IMG/VR virus record: IMGVR_UViG_3300020558_000001
DNA: 64,000 nucleotides
Direction: 5' to 3' (one strand)
Source of the DNA: an uncultured virus (IMG/VR IMGVR_UViG_3300020558_000001)
Taxonomy: Duplodnaviria > Heunggongvirae > Uroviricota > Caudoviricetes
Shown: in pieces, positions 23,201-32,167 of the stretch
Layout: every line of letters starts with the position of its first letter
Numbering within the stretch: the stretch's first letter is position 1
The notes under the pieces: generated by a model
Databases searched by the model: none
What the model was told of the DNA's origin: nothing
What the model saw: the letters and a program-made list of their open reading frames with translations, nothing else
Program-made: the position numbers and the translations under genes

Positions 23201-23691
23201 AAAGGATTATCAGAAACCAATGCACCAGGAGTCATTTGGTCATTAGTAGGTAACCATTTTTTATCTTCAGATGTTAGTTGACCTTCTAACCCCATATCTT
23301 TCATTGCTCTTGTTAAATTAGGCAATGCAGAATAATAATCATTTCTGCCTGATAAAGCTTCTCCCATTAATGCTAATGGAGTATTCATTACTTCACCAGT
23401 ATAAGCTAATGCAGTACCTACTCCTTGAACTGCTCCTTTTACAAATTTACCTCTACCTTTTCTAACTTTATCTTGAGCTTTACCTACTCTTTGCTTTTTA
23501 TAAAATTCATCCCAAAGTTTATTCATACTTTTTGGAACACTTACCCATTCTTGGTCAGCTTCACTCCAAACTATATCACCATCTTCAAACTTATCTTCAT
23601 ACATTTGAGCATAATTAGGAGAGTTGACATCGTAAATTTTACTGTCAACTTGTACCTGATTTTTTTTAAGTTTTTTCTTTTGCTTACTCAT
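17281..23691 (-). CDS. Multidomain cargo protein (2136 aa) with two zincin modules, a beta-barrel-like region and a VEVEGGE/GPSHDNGG module
   Basis: HELKH (22549-22563), HELSH (21628-21642), amphipathic beta-strand array ~19750-20920, VEVEGGE...GPSHDNGGIPV; lies directly downstream of the muzzle gene. Confidence 0.7.
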   Translation of the reverse strand: MSKQKKKLKKNQVQVDSKIYDVNSPNYAQMYEDKFEDGDIVWSEADQEWVSVPKSMNKLWDEFYKKQRVGKAQDKVRKGRGKFVKGAVQGVGTALAYTGEVMNTPLALMGEALSGRNDYYSALPNLTRAMKDMGLEGQLTSEDKKWLPTNDQMTPGALVSDNPLVQMGIDVPLDILTGKAFTKTSKYAKQLNKLQDVLPNLFKNKFKNKTGIDYVKNVTSDPRYAQKAKELDVKYGDTSIQERPTNSNLTLTDQQQTTDFNPFARQLTLRETRTRRPLRNNDYRPSLLFGPFQQRNEFEDAAGLFTRMSNYTQTPEYYKNIFTNVDFGDEYLKNLKKSIDDLTTEEFNEAQRQSRVLGRFTPGLNITQVRVDNALPHELKHKEHFTKKWRAQFPEKYKEAISQNFDETNIRDNYTKYRLDPVEQEAWLSRDLKKLMVDKGFIKSPFEQIDETTLDKFIKTDDYIFTPELIKRLNKPNFLKWLNEALPATTGVATAGTIGSQLMSQEESAPEQKAMGGKITNTKKKLPKYQTGGPIEPTNTTSLDFLKQMTNSPLFNERYAMMTNKPITNISTEADDYRQFINNNLNTVKIGDYENSDKGAWEGVYYPQFSEDEKNKMNAQLQELEKSKEKFIENYGYTTIMDNPNLTESLLNYAKNIRSYKSKVNNPHTVFINENQDLPATELHELSHASTLGRRGLKYFNNPFTIDEANLPEDFKEVYNDKEYYERPTEVKARVDAVRKWMLDNNMYDPVNERFEKKHYDELKKNLELTPLKGMSKENSLKSQIQDLMIPFKEEDVIKMFNSFVSNQNNTPISTAANGGIITNTMKKKKSVLQNNNFTTSGDEYGTGGMIKRADGSYSKRGLWDNIRANKGSSKKPTKKMLEQERKIRAQMDNGGTVYPYQERLNQSLRQPGFNPNIRGMSSGLSNVGLGYKVGPFNQMTSITSDRKLAPLKDFTFASDNPNSQLNFNARLGYRDRFGFKGSADYTNSTAENNPNAKFNLGFDKYGFTGDYNYNFNKENPNFDFGGGYKGNGFDANFKATKNKDVPYNYEAGLNYDRDGVTGNFGFTGNQNDYDITAGFNVGGIGTNFNYKGGKKDDFKSILTKGKNNNLKSNNAKNKSNFNLGLLDYDRNGLTANYAISRDNQDPLIHDAKIGYSKNGFTGNLGFTGNKLDPNYNFNLNFVPEKQGFTTNAAVDYKNKNFDVRTGLGYKGKKFATNVNYKTNLDLEEETGNRSLDAKVGYRGKNFNADANYERQFATEENPATNKLGVNVGYNRNGFGVKAGVDYKTLSEAQKEKDKASPFEVKAGVTYTPKGKAKQKTTPWKLPKEMIKKNESIKLIDENQPTKGQKMINALKESLSPSEYYAQSLNLSKRAYGGTITDDMNNKLPKMWAGGLTPMLFDVGANALVNLTTKAVTDMVKAIREPEQEMRPTKPNTGFTMAYGGMIDPSMYMQQMMYGSYAQGGQVPQNIPVEVEGGEAYELPNGEMGEFEGPSHDNGGIPVALPEQTKVYSKQLKVNGKTMADRKTKREANVAKLEKILSKNPSDKFIKEALKRQQETAALEEQSDMAMQEQANQKQQMQQQAQQGMMQEQAMAGLMQDPAMMQQMGMMMYGGKLVNGTPPYGLLNYISPTLANAVNKQQYNKLIPTENLYGKDFQVMEDLEYDEQGNPMTVVYDDNMSKTKSVNTLNSKTKVANITPPYLTEEQLNQFTNFNTNPLDLRKNVGVDVTKPEPPGVNPYDVMSNIMGNTFENIALSKDPYINTKGGMIPNPLYNEVIGNKMLPEEDPKKPNKFMNFLNKAVDQTGDFFSGLFDKDGKPKKEKGTKSDEGLDYTRGDLMGMAGTLFGGLAPATTTMLNRMMTPKNQNFFREFGAEGLRAMQEAQALSGINRDKQLADIKLGEEASRQRGRNSARGVNTLRAMDIAADMGANQAQNQAYNAYAQQMMQLLGQKAQMENQQDQAVMTGEYQRDLADRQDVDNFYSNLSENFASQSELMQKQGRDMNQAQYNKMILEMSPMFSKYGIGVEMRKGKYVMTHNGEDIDQTTARLIVEKGIEAEKKAALEKASTTTAPVIPNTPVNPTTSNVPVAPVKTSNMIPAINPLGLGNTPYFNPIFKDINIPTVTDKSFIKAATKRR

Positions 23692-26600
23692 TATCTTATA
23701 GAATTTTGTTCAGTTTCAATAATAAAGTTAGTAGTTAGTTCTACATCCTCAAAGTTAGTGAATCTTAATCTCATTACTAAATATTTATCTCTAAAGTTTT
23801 CTTGGTCATACCAATCTTTGTTTACATTAATTGCAGCAGGATTAATAACTTTATCAATAGGATATTGAGAAGATATAGCTGACCAGTCTTTAGTAAACAT
23901 AGGAATTGTATAATTAATTCTTACATCTCTAAAATCATTTATTCTCCAATCTCTTTCAGCTCTATCTATTACAACTGATGTAGCATTGTTAGTAGTTTGA
24001 TTCTCATAAAAATCTGCTGGGTTAGCTTGTAAATTTTTAGCAATCAATTGTACTTCACCAGATATTTGTCTGTTATTATAAACTGTTAATCTGTTAAATG
24101 TAACATTTCTTTCTTCATAATAATCTTGATTTACTGCATCATATTTTTTAGCAATAGTTTGTAACATAATATCTTCCCATAGTCTTGTAGTTATAGGATT
24201 AGATACTGATACTGTTTCAATTATATGTGAGTAAAGAGTATCATAATACTTTTGATATAATCCTTGAATATTATGTTCCCACTCTGTTTCTCCATCAGCT
24301 GAGTAAAAAGTATTTTGGTCTTGAGAATAGAATAGTGGAAGATAAGAATGAAATGATACCCAAGTTTTAGTTAGCAATGAAAATGAAATAGTAAATGATT
24401 TATTTTCAAAAAATGTAGCATCATTAAAAATAATGTTTGTAAAATCTTCTTTAAATCCATAATACACAAAGTTATTAGTGTCTATATTAAAATATACTGA
24501 ACCAGGAATTAATCCTACATAACCAGCATCAATACTTATTATTTGAAAATTATTTACATAGTTAGGTCTTAATAAATAATCTCTTTTAGTAAAGATAACT
24601 CTTTGATGTCTTGGGTCAAATACTGAATGAATACCTATACCATTAGGATTATTAGGATTGTCAGCATTAGGGAATACTTCACCTGTAAGGTCAAAGAATT
24701 GTTGAGCAAGATATGGTTTAAGATATTCTTGAAACCAATTATACATACCTTCACCACTTATTTTTGCTAACCCTCCTTCTGCACCACTAACAAGATATAA
24801 ACTCTTTTCATATTCAGAAGCATAAAATATACCAAGAGGTGATTTAAGAATACTCCATTTATGATTAGTACCTGCACTACCCATATCTGAATCTACCATT
24901 TTTCTTGGAGGTATTGAGAAGTATTCTCCAGTACCTATAAATGTAACTACTTCATTAACAATACTTTGTTGTACATTTTGAGGTAGTAACCATAAACACT
25001 CTTCAGTAAATACAAACAATGAATTATTCTTTCTTACTAATCCTGTAATGCCACCATGCTCTGCTTCTATATCTCTATAATTGTTAGCTAAAAATACTCT
25101 ATAGTTATCACTTAGTTCTTCTTGAAAACTTGTTTCAGAATAATATACTCTATCAGGAAAAGACTCTAAACAATCTGAACAACAATCATAAAGAGATGGT
25201 AATGGAAAATAAACTTTTTGTTTATCCATTCTACTAAAGTCAACATTATAGTGATATATCTCTGGACAACAACTTGACTTGGCTAAATATTTCTTTTTAT
25301 CTTCATCAAAGAATAACCATCTATCTCTAAAGTATTCTTCTATATCTTGTGTATAATTATAATAACTACCACAAACATTATTTTCTACTTGTCTTAAAGC
25401 AGTATTAATTTCTGATTCTACATATACTCCAACAAGATGTTCATTAGCATAAAATAAACAATTACCAAGACTAACTGACATGCTATCTAATTCAGGGTCT
25501 TGACATAATACATCTAATTCACTTTGTTTAAATGCATTCCAAAATGCAGCTATTTTTGTTGCAGTTACTCCTACAGCAGCACCACCTATTGCAAGAACTA
25601 AAACCCACACAGGTGCTCCTGCACCCACTGTTACTATAGTTATTACTAATGCTGCAACAATAGCAAGTGCTGTAATTATTTCATCAAAGAATCCTGAAAA
25701 TGATTCTCTTACTAATGAGTTAGATAAATTAAAATGTGTAATAGATACATCACCTGCATATAATCCAAAATCATCAGTTTTTGAATTTGCTTTCAACATA
25801 CAATTATGCATCTTATAATACTTAATAGAGTTTAATTGACAATGAACATTTCTATCTACTCTCATAGTTATGTAAGAAATATTCCTTTCATCTAATCCTT
25901 GATTAGGAGGAAACAATTGTCCAGTCTTAATCATTTGTACTCTATTAGACCAAGATAAATTATACATTCTTCTACCTGGTTCATAAGTATCATCATAAGA
26001 TAAAGCATCCATTGCAAGTATTTTTAACCTGCAAAGATTTCTACCTGTAAATACACCATTAGTTACTCCACTATAATTTTGAACTCTAACTTCTATTCCA
26101 CTATCCCAATCACCTATAAATGTTCCTACTCCATCATATCTTTCATAATAAAATGTACTATTTGTATATTGAAATTCATTTTCTAATTTAATATATTCAG
26201 GAACAAGTATATCTTTTTTATATAAAAATTTTGGATTAAATATATAACCATGCCCTCCACCATCTCCATTAAGTCGAGTAAAATATGTAAATGTAGTATA
26301 GTTATAAGAATTAGTATTCTGACTTCTAGCTTTTCCTCCTATACCTGCATCAAGTATAGTTCTATTAAAATCATCTCTTTCAGCTCTAACAAAATAATGA
26401 CCTACAATATCAGGATGTGGATATTCTACATTAGTAAATTTAATTCCTAATAGTTTAAGTGTAGTGTTATTTACATAATTTTGATATGCAAAATTAATAC
26501 TATAAGTAACAGTAAATTCAGCACCCCAACTAGTAATCATTGTACCACTAAATGCTACATTACTAAAAATATCATTAGGGTCATTTCCTGGTTCTGTAAC

Positions 26601-28421
26601 TACTGTAAAAGTATATGATGATTCATATAAATCTGATTCTGAAATACTTGTAGTTACAGGAGTTTGTGTAGTTGGAGGAGGTATATTATAATCATAAGTA
26701 GTAGTTAAATCAATAGCATTTCCAGGGTCAGGCCACACAAACCCATCATTTAAAGTAACTGTAACTGATAAATTATAAAATGAATTTATTGAGTTATCAT
26801 TATCTACATGGTGTTCTAAAGTACGAGAAGGAAACCTATGATGTCTTACAGGTGTACTAACAAGTGGATTACCACATATATCTTCTCCCCAATAATCTCC
26901 TGATGCACAAGAATCTATATTTTCATAAACACTTCCAAAACATTCCCAATATGCCATTTGTCCTTCAACACCAGGATTAGTTGCAATAGCAGTTTCATAT
27001 ACTCTCCATTTTTCTACTTTAGGAATTAATCCATCATTATACTGAGTTTCTTGACTTAATGGTACAATATGTTCTATATTATGAGTCCAAGTATTAATTA
27101 AACTATCATCATTTGTAGGTTCACAATTACCTGTATTCCAATTCCATCTTTGATTTTTAGGTGGTCCAGGAATATGATAAACAGGAGATTCAAATCCATC
27201 AGCAAATACATAAACTATACCCATAGCATATACTTCACCACCCATAAATCCAATAACTTCATTAGGAGATATAGGATTTTTAGGATTACCTACTTCACTA
27301 ATATCTGTATCACCTATTTCTTTTACAATATAACGAGAATGTATTTTAGATGCATATTGTTGAAATCCACAAAAGTTTACTTGTTTACCTTTTGTATTAG
27401 CAAGTAATAATTTATTTTCTAATTGCTCTAAGTGTCTAGCAAGTTCAATATCAATTTTACCTGGTTTAATTTCCTCAACAGATATTTCTGTATAACCATT
27501 TATTCCTCCATCATATATAAATGTAGTTTGGTCAATAGGTATATTAGGAGATACTAAACACTTGTTTACTAATCCTGTAAATTGAGTTGCATGAATTGCA
27601 GCAATTCTATAATAAGTAAAGTCAGGGTCTAAATTAGATAAATTAATTTGTATTGATTTATTTGTTTTAGCTGTAACACCTCCTACTCCATCATATTCTA
27701 ATTGAGATGAACCATTGATATTATTATAAGTTGAAAAAATATTATCATGGTAAATATTAACAGGTCTTGAAGTTATAATCCAATTAGTAGGATTACCACT
27801 TTCATTAAGTAGTTGAATAGCAAAATTATATGAACCTGCTTCTAATTGACCACCAGTATTTAAAACTTCTATTTCAGAAAAACAAGGAATTTGAAATGGT
27901 TGAATTAAATTAAATTTAACACAATTCCATTTTTCACCTACAAATGGGCCAATAGGATTATCTAACCAAGCTAAATATGCATCACTATAATAATCTTCTA
28001 ATTTATTAAGATTAACTTGTCTTACAGAATTTAACCCATCTGTAAAATAAATTACTTTTTCACAACCTCTTCTTATTCTATAAGTTGCATCTATCTGATA
28101 TTCAATACTAAATCCTAAACATTCAGAATTTACTATTTGAATGTACTCACAATTCTTTACTGTACCTATTTCACTATTAGTTCCATTAGTACTAAAGATA
28201 ACTATCTCATTATCTTTGGTATAAACTTTACCTATTCTATAATATCCATTAGGAAGAGTATAACATTCCTCATTTCCTTTTTCATTAGATAACATTGTTC
28301 TGTTACCTTCACTTGTTTCATTGACAGCATTAAGTGCATATCTATATGATTCTTTAGGTTGGTCAACAGGATTAACATCCTGCATCATACCTTTATGTGG
28401 TCTATTTACATTGTTATCCAT
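23691..28421 (-). CDS. Tail stabilization/muzzle protein (P22 gp10-like, crAss type)
   Basis: 1576 aa; N-terminus KGMMQDVNPVDQPKESYRYALNAV and C-terminal TISFSLLTKTWVSFHSYLP resemble crAss-like stabilization proteins; position between ring and cargo genes. Confidence 0.8.
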   Translation of the reverse strand: MDNNVNRPHKGMMQDVNPVDQPKESYRYALNAVNETSEGNRTMLSNEKGNEECYTLPNGYYRIGKVYTKDNEIVIFSTNGTNSEIGTVKNCEYIQIVNSECLGFSIEYQIDATYRIRRGCEKVIYFTDGLNSVRQVNLNKLEDYYSDAYLAWLDNPIGPFVGEKWNCVKFNLIQPFQIPCFSEIEVLNTGGQLEAGSYNFAIQLLNESGNPTNWIITSRPVNIYHDNIFSTYNNINGSSQLEYDGVGGVTAKTNKSIQINLSNLDPDFTYYRIAAIHATQFTGLVNKCLVSPNIPIDQTTFIYDGGINGYTEISVEEIKPGKIDIELARHLEQLENKLLLANTKGKQVNFCGFQQYASKIHSRYIVKEIGDTDISEVGNPKNPISPNEVIGFMGGEVYAMGIVYVFADGFESPVYHIPGPPKNQRWNWNTGNCEPTNDDSLINTWTHNIEHIVPLSQETQYNDGLIPKVEKWRVYETAIATNPGVEGQMAYWECFGSVYENIDSCASGDYWGEDICGNPLVSTPVRHHRFPSRTLEHHVDNDNSINSFYNLSVTVTLNDGFVWPDPGNAIDLTTTYDYNIPPPTTQTPVTTSISESDLYESSYTFTVVTEPGNDPNDIFSNVAFSGTMITSWGAEFTVTYSINFAYQNYVNNTTLKLLGIKFTNVEYPHPDIVGHYFVRAERDDFNRTILDAGIGGKARSQNTNSYNYTTFTYFTRLNGDGGGHGYIFNPKFLYKKDILVPEYIKLENEFQYTNSTFYYERYDGVGTFIGDWDSGIEVRVQNYSGVTNGVFTGRNLCRLKILAMDALSYDDTYEPGRRMYNLSWSNRVQMIKTGQLFPPNQGLDERNISYITMRVDRNVHCQLNSIKYYKMHNCMLKANSKTDDFGLYAGDVSITHFNLSNSLVRESFSGFFDEIITALAIVAALVITIVTVGAGAPVWVLVLAIGGAAVGVTATKIAAFWNAFKQSELDVLCQDPELDSMSVSLGNCLFYANEHLVGVYVESEINTALRQVENNVCGSYYNYTQDIEEYFRDRWLFFDEDKKKYLAKSSCCPEIYHYNVDFSRMDKQKVYFPLPSLYDCCSDCLESFPDRVYYSETSFQEELSDNYRVFLANNYRDIEAEHGGITGLVRKNNSLFVFTEECLWLLPQNVQQSIVNEVVTFIGTGEYFSIPPRKMVDSDMGSAGTNHKWSILKSPLGIFYASEYEKSLYLVSGAEGGLAKISGEGMYNWFQEYLKPYLAQQFFDLTGEVFPNADNPNNPNGIGIHSVFDPRHQRVIFTKRDYLLRPNYVNNFQIISIDAGYVGLIPGSVYFNIDTNNFVYYGFKEDFTNIIFNDATFFENKSFTISFSLLTKTWVSFHSYLPLFYSQDQNTFYSADGETEWEHNIQGLYQKYYDTLYSHIIETVSVSNPITTRLWEDIMLQTIAKKYDAVNQDYYEERNVTFNRLTVYNNRQISGEVQLIAKNLQANPADFYENQTTNNATSVVIDRAERDWRINDFRDVRINYTIPMFTKDWSAISSQYPIDKVINPAAINVNKDWYDQENFRDKYLVMRLRFTNFEDVELTTNFIIETEQNSIR

Positions 28422-29422
28422 TAGATATAAGAATTATAATATCCTCTAAAATAGTTTCTAAAGTCAGGGTCATTAAATTTACGAGATTCTGGTCTAGACA
28501 TTTTACCAAAAAATCCATAGTACCTATTCATACGAGGTAACATATATTGTCTTTGTTCAAGAATGTTCTGCCATTGGTCAACACCTTTAGGCATCATAGC
28601 TCTATTACGAGCTTGTTTACAATACCAATGCCAATCCTGTTCTGCTTTTTGTAATTTACCTACTGACCCATCTCTATTGGCATAAAACTCTCTTTCCATT
28701 AACTTCATTACTACATATTTAGTAATAGCAGTAGTGTAAGCATAATGGTCAGGTATCATTGGGTAACCTTGGTCATCAACAACTTGTCTTACATGAGATA
28801 ATACTATCTGACCTTTCTCAAAAGAAAATCTAATAGTATCTCCATTTATAATAGTGTATTCATCAAATACTCCTGAACCTGCATTATATAATTTATCCTG
28901 GTCAGGATTAGAACATACAAGTGAATTAAAAAATGTATGGTTAGCAAGTCTTATAACTGAAAAACATTTGTTGTACAAATAAGATGAAGCATAATATCCT
29001 ACCTCATCTCTTAAATCAAAATATGGTCTATAATATGCTAAGTCATATTCTTGTAATGGTTTTCCATCACAATCAATAGGTACAGGTATAGCTGCAGGAA
29101 GTGGTGCTAAAGATGAAACTTCTTCAGATAAGTTAAGTACATCAGATGGACAAAGACCACATTCTCTTATATCATCCCAACATATATTTCTTATTACCTG
29201 TACAATAGCATGAAGTCCATTAGGAAGAGAAGCCTGATGATTTCTTACTTCTATAAATGCAACTGCTTCTTCATAAAGAGTAATGGCACCAATAGCTTCT
29301 AAAGCTTCAGCAGTCCATTCAATAACATCTGATTCATTTATATTTTCTAATGAACCAAAATCTCTTCTAAGTTTACCAAGTATTCTATTTACAGATACAT
29401 AGGGTGTAACTTCATTACTCAT
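28421..29422 (-). CDS. Tail tubular/ring protein
   Basis: 333 aa; DVIEWTAEAL...DDQGYPMIPD...WHWYCKQA pattern; adjacent to muzzle gene. Confidence 0.7.
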   Translation of the reverse strand: MSNEVTPYVSVNRILGKLRRDFGSLENINESDVIEWTAEALEAIGAITLYEEAVAFIEVRNHQASLPNGLHAIVQVIRNICWDDIRECGLCPSDVLNLSEEVSSLAPLPAAIPVPIDCDGKPLQEYDLAYYRPYFDLRDEVGYYASSYLYNKCFSVIRLANHTFFNSLVCSNPDQDKLYNAGSGVFDEYTIINGDTIRFSFEKGQIVLSHVRQVVDDQGYPMIPDHYAYTTAITKYVVMKLMEREFYANRDGSVGKLQKAEQDWHWYCKQARNRAMMPKGVDQWQNILEQRQYMLPRMNRYYGFFGKMSRPESRKFNDPDFRNYFRGYYNSYI

Positions 29423-29955
29423 AATTTACGTTCTTTTAAAGCTTTTAATGATTTAGTATGTAAAGCATCTCTTCCTTCAAGTATTAGATATTCAGTTCCA
29501 TTTATTATTCTTTTAGCCAACTCTCTTTTACTTTCTCTATTAGGACAATAAGTATAAAAATATTTATTACCTAATGTTACTGCTGTTCTTGACCACATAA
29601 ATCTATATCCTATACCATCACTATGCTCATTAAAATTATATATTTTCTTTTGTTGTAGTTTAGATTTCTCACAGGATTCCCATAACTTTTTAGTTTCTGT
29701 CCAGTTAATTGATAACCCTGATATTCCCCAATCAGTAACTTTTATATTTCTTTTTTTACCTACTACTTGTACTGCCCCAAGTTTGCCTGGCAAATAAACT
29801 GTTTCACCTTTTAAGATAGATTCCATTATAAAATCATTGAATCCATTTAACAATTTAAGATATTCAGGCTTAGTAAGTTTTCTTTTAAATTCTGATTTCT
29901 TAAAATAATTCTTGTATGCTGTCTGTATTGATTCTAATACCTTTCCTTTACTCAT
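29419..29955 (-). CDS. Basic HU/IHF-like protein of the crAss structural module
   Basis: 178 aa, Lys-rich; ILKGETVYLPGKLGAVQV resembles the HU/IHF signature; conserved position. Confidence 0.55.
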   Translation of the reverse strand: MSKGKVLESIQTAYKNYFKKSEFKRKLTKPEYLKLLNGFNDFIMESILKGETVYLPGKLGAVQVVGKKRNIKVTDWGISGLSINWTETKKLWESCEKSKLQQKKIYNFNEHSDGIGYRFMWSRTAVTLGNKYFYTYCPNRESKRELAKRIINGTEYLILEGRDALHTKSLKALKERKL

Positions 29956-29957
29956 TG

Positions 29958-30650
29958 TTACTTAGTTGTTTGTTCTGGATTATCTTTTGTATTATTAGAT
30001 GAATCTTCTTGTGCTTGATTAAACATAGCTATAAGTTCTTGAGTACTTAATTCAATAGCTGCATCTAACATTGAGTTATCTAAATGAAACTCTTTATCAA
30101 ATACAGATTCACAAGAATCTACTACAGGACAATACATTGGATAAGTATATCCTTCTATTGGGTCTTCTAATAGTATTTCTATTCTAATTACTTCTGCATC
30201 ATTCTTTGCAGTAACATAAAGATACTCACCTGAAATAAAATAATCAGGTTTATGAGAAGTATATTTATCAAACTGTTTATACTTTTTATCTTGCCAGGTT
30301 AGTTCAGAATACACTACATTACCATCTAAAGATGTAACACTTTTAATAATGTGTCCACTTATACCTGATATTGGTTTAGGAAGTGGATATTTAGTTTTAA
30401 ATATACAACATCCAAGAGGAGGAATACAAGGACATTCTGATATAGGTGCTTTTACAAGTTCTACACAAGGCAATACCTGATAGTTAATACTTGCAATGAA
30501 TTGTCTTTTATTTACTTTTTCATAAAGTAATCTTCCTCTAGTAGATTTAAGTTTGCTGTAAATATGTCTTGAACTTAATCTGCTATCATCAGACTTAACA
30601 CCTTTAGAATATAAAGCTTGTATTCTTTGTATGACTTCTTTAATTAACAT
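29958..30650 (-). CDS. Tail ring protein
   Basis: 230 aa; SDDSRLSSRHI and LPCVELVKAPISECPC motifs; tail gene context. Confidence 0.6.
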   Translation of the reverse strand: MLIKEVIQRIQALYSKGVKSDDSRLSSRHIYSKLKSTRGRLLYEKVNKRQFIASINYQVLPCVELVKAPISECPCIPPLGCCIFKTKYPLPKPISGISGHIIKSVTSLDGNVVYSELTWQDKKYKQFDKYTSHKPDYFISGEYLYVTAKNDAEVIRIEILLEDPIEGYTYPMYCPVVDSCESVFDKEFHLDNSMLDAAIELSTQELIAMFNQAQEDSSNNTKDNPEQTTK

Positions 30651-31360
30651 TGTTGTAAGTAATCTTTTAATATAGTAGTAAAATCATTACAATTTCTCAG
30701 TTCATAAGTTCCATCTGTTCTTAACCAAATTATTAGTCTTTGTTTAGCATACAATTCTATTTCTTCTAAGAGTATTTGATAATAACTCAATTGAATTTGA
30801 TACTTACAATAAGGAGTATTTGGAGTATAACTAAATGGTTCTAAAAGATAACCATACTGTTTATCTAAATCATAATTAGTTTTGTAATCAGCAATAACTA
30901 TTTCTCCAAGTTCATTATCCCATAACAATAAATCTGATGTACCAGCGTAATTATACTTTTCAGAATACATTTTAAGTTCAGTAGTTAATACTGTATATTT
31001 ACCTGATAATATATTCTCATGTATAAATTTCTTAACAGCTTCTTCTTGTCTGCAATTTGGAATTAACTCATTATCAACAATATAGTTTTCTGCAAACAAG
31101 TGCACTTTAGTTCCTTGGTGTGCTGCTTTTTCTCTTTTGTTTTTCCACTCTAAAAGTATCTCACTTGGTTTAACTTGTAACTTTCTTGCTGTATTTCCTG
31201 CAGCTTCTTTTTCATTAAAATCAGGAGTATGTTGTTTAATCATTCCTGTTGTAGAAGTAAGCAATTTATTTTTTACTTTGTACAAGTGTCTTCCTTCTTC
31301 AAATTCTAAATCTAAAAATGCATTTTGCAATTTAAATTGAACATCGTTTAAGTTTAACAT
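30644..31360 (-). CDS. PD-(D/E)XK (RecB/Cas4-like) exonuclease
   Basis: GTKVH, E-x-AGTSD, IADYKTN and YQIQLSYY motifs. Confidence 0.85.
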   Translation of the reverse strand: MLNLNDVQFKLQNAFLDLEFEEGRHLYKVKNKLLTSTTGMIKQHTPDFNEKEAAGNTARKLQVKPSEILLEWKNKREKAAHQGTKVHLFAENYIVDNELIPNCRQEEAVKKFIHENILSGKYTVLTTELKMYSEKYNYAGTSDLLLWDNELGEIVIADYKTNYDLDKQYGYLLEPFSYTPNTPYCKYQIQLSYYQILLEEIELYAKQRLIIWLRTDGTYELRNCNDFTTILKDYLQQC

Positions 31361-31421
31361 AAAAAGATATTTGTTAATTTTAACAAATATCTTAATTTTT
31401 ATTCATAGTTTCAACTTAATC

Positions 31422-31724
31422 TTAATTATTCTTTTCTAATCTTTCAACTAATGTAAGTAACTTTTTCATTAATGCTGTATTGTTTTCTATAACGTGATTA
31501 TTAGAACTAACTGTATCTAATAATGTTTTTCTGTCTTCTGAAACATATTTTAAAAGTTGGTCTTCTATTTCTTTTAAACGAGTTTCATTCTTTTTATGAA
31601 GAACAAAAAACTGTTTACCCATAAAGTAAATAATACCAATCATAATAATAGCAAATACACCTAGTATGCCATAGTTAGTTAAATAGCTTATCTCTTGGGG
31701 TACTTGTAACAATAAGGATTTCAT
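31422..31724 (-). CDS. Single-TM membrane protein, holin-like
   Basis: TM segment YGILGVFAIIMIGIIYFM followed by a coiled coil. Confidence 0.5.
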   Translation of the reverse strand: MKSLLLQVPQEISYLTNYGILGVFAIIMIGIIYFMGKQFFVLHKKNETRLKEIEDQLLKYVSEDRKTLLDTVSSNNHVIENNTALMKKLLTLVERLEKNN

Positions 31725-31934
31725 TTAGTTTTGAAATTTATTATGTGATTTAAACTCAACTACCGGCAAATGCTTTACCCACCAACAGTCTATATTTTTG
31801 TTTTCAAATATTTGGTGCAATGGCAAAATCCAATTTTCTTCTGCATCTAATACAGGAGTAAATGGCTTATATTCATCGTAAAACTTATCAGACAAATATA
31901 ATCTTTCTTCTTCATCTAATATACCGCCTAACAT
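31725..31934 (-). CDS. Small acidic protein, paralog of 31949-32167
   Basis: Shares F-x-P-x-x-DA-x-x-x-WI...WVK-x-LP-x-x-E with its neighbour. Confidence 0.65.
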   Translation of the reverse strand: MLGGILDEEERLYLSDKFYDEYKPFTPVLDAEENWILPLHQIFENKNIDCWWVKHLPVVEFKSHNKFQN

Positions 31935-31948
31935 AATTAAAATTTTTA

Positions 31949-32167
31949 TTATGGATGTAATGGAGGTTCAGGTTTAGGTATATATTCAATCAAAGGCAAA
32001 TCTTTGACCCATTGGAACTCAGGAGTTACACATTGGTCAATCTCTTCAACTGAAATTATCCAATCGTCATTTGCATCCTGTATTGGGTTGAAATAGCTGT
32101 CTTCATCATATAATTGACCGACAAGGTCATTTTTTTGTGATTCTGTTAAAAGTCCTACGTATATCAT
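31949..32167 (-). CDS. Small acidic protein, possible tail fibre chaperone
   Basis: YFNPIQDANDDWIIS; directly follows the fibre-like gene. Confidence 0.65.
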   Translation of the reverse strand: MIYVGLLTESQKNDLVGQLYDEDSYFNPIQDANDDWIISVEEIDQCVTPEFQWVKDLPLIEYIPKPEPPLHP

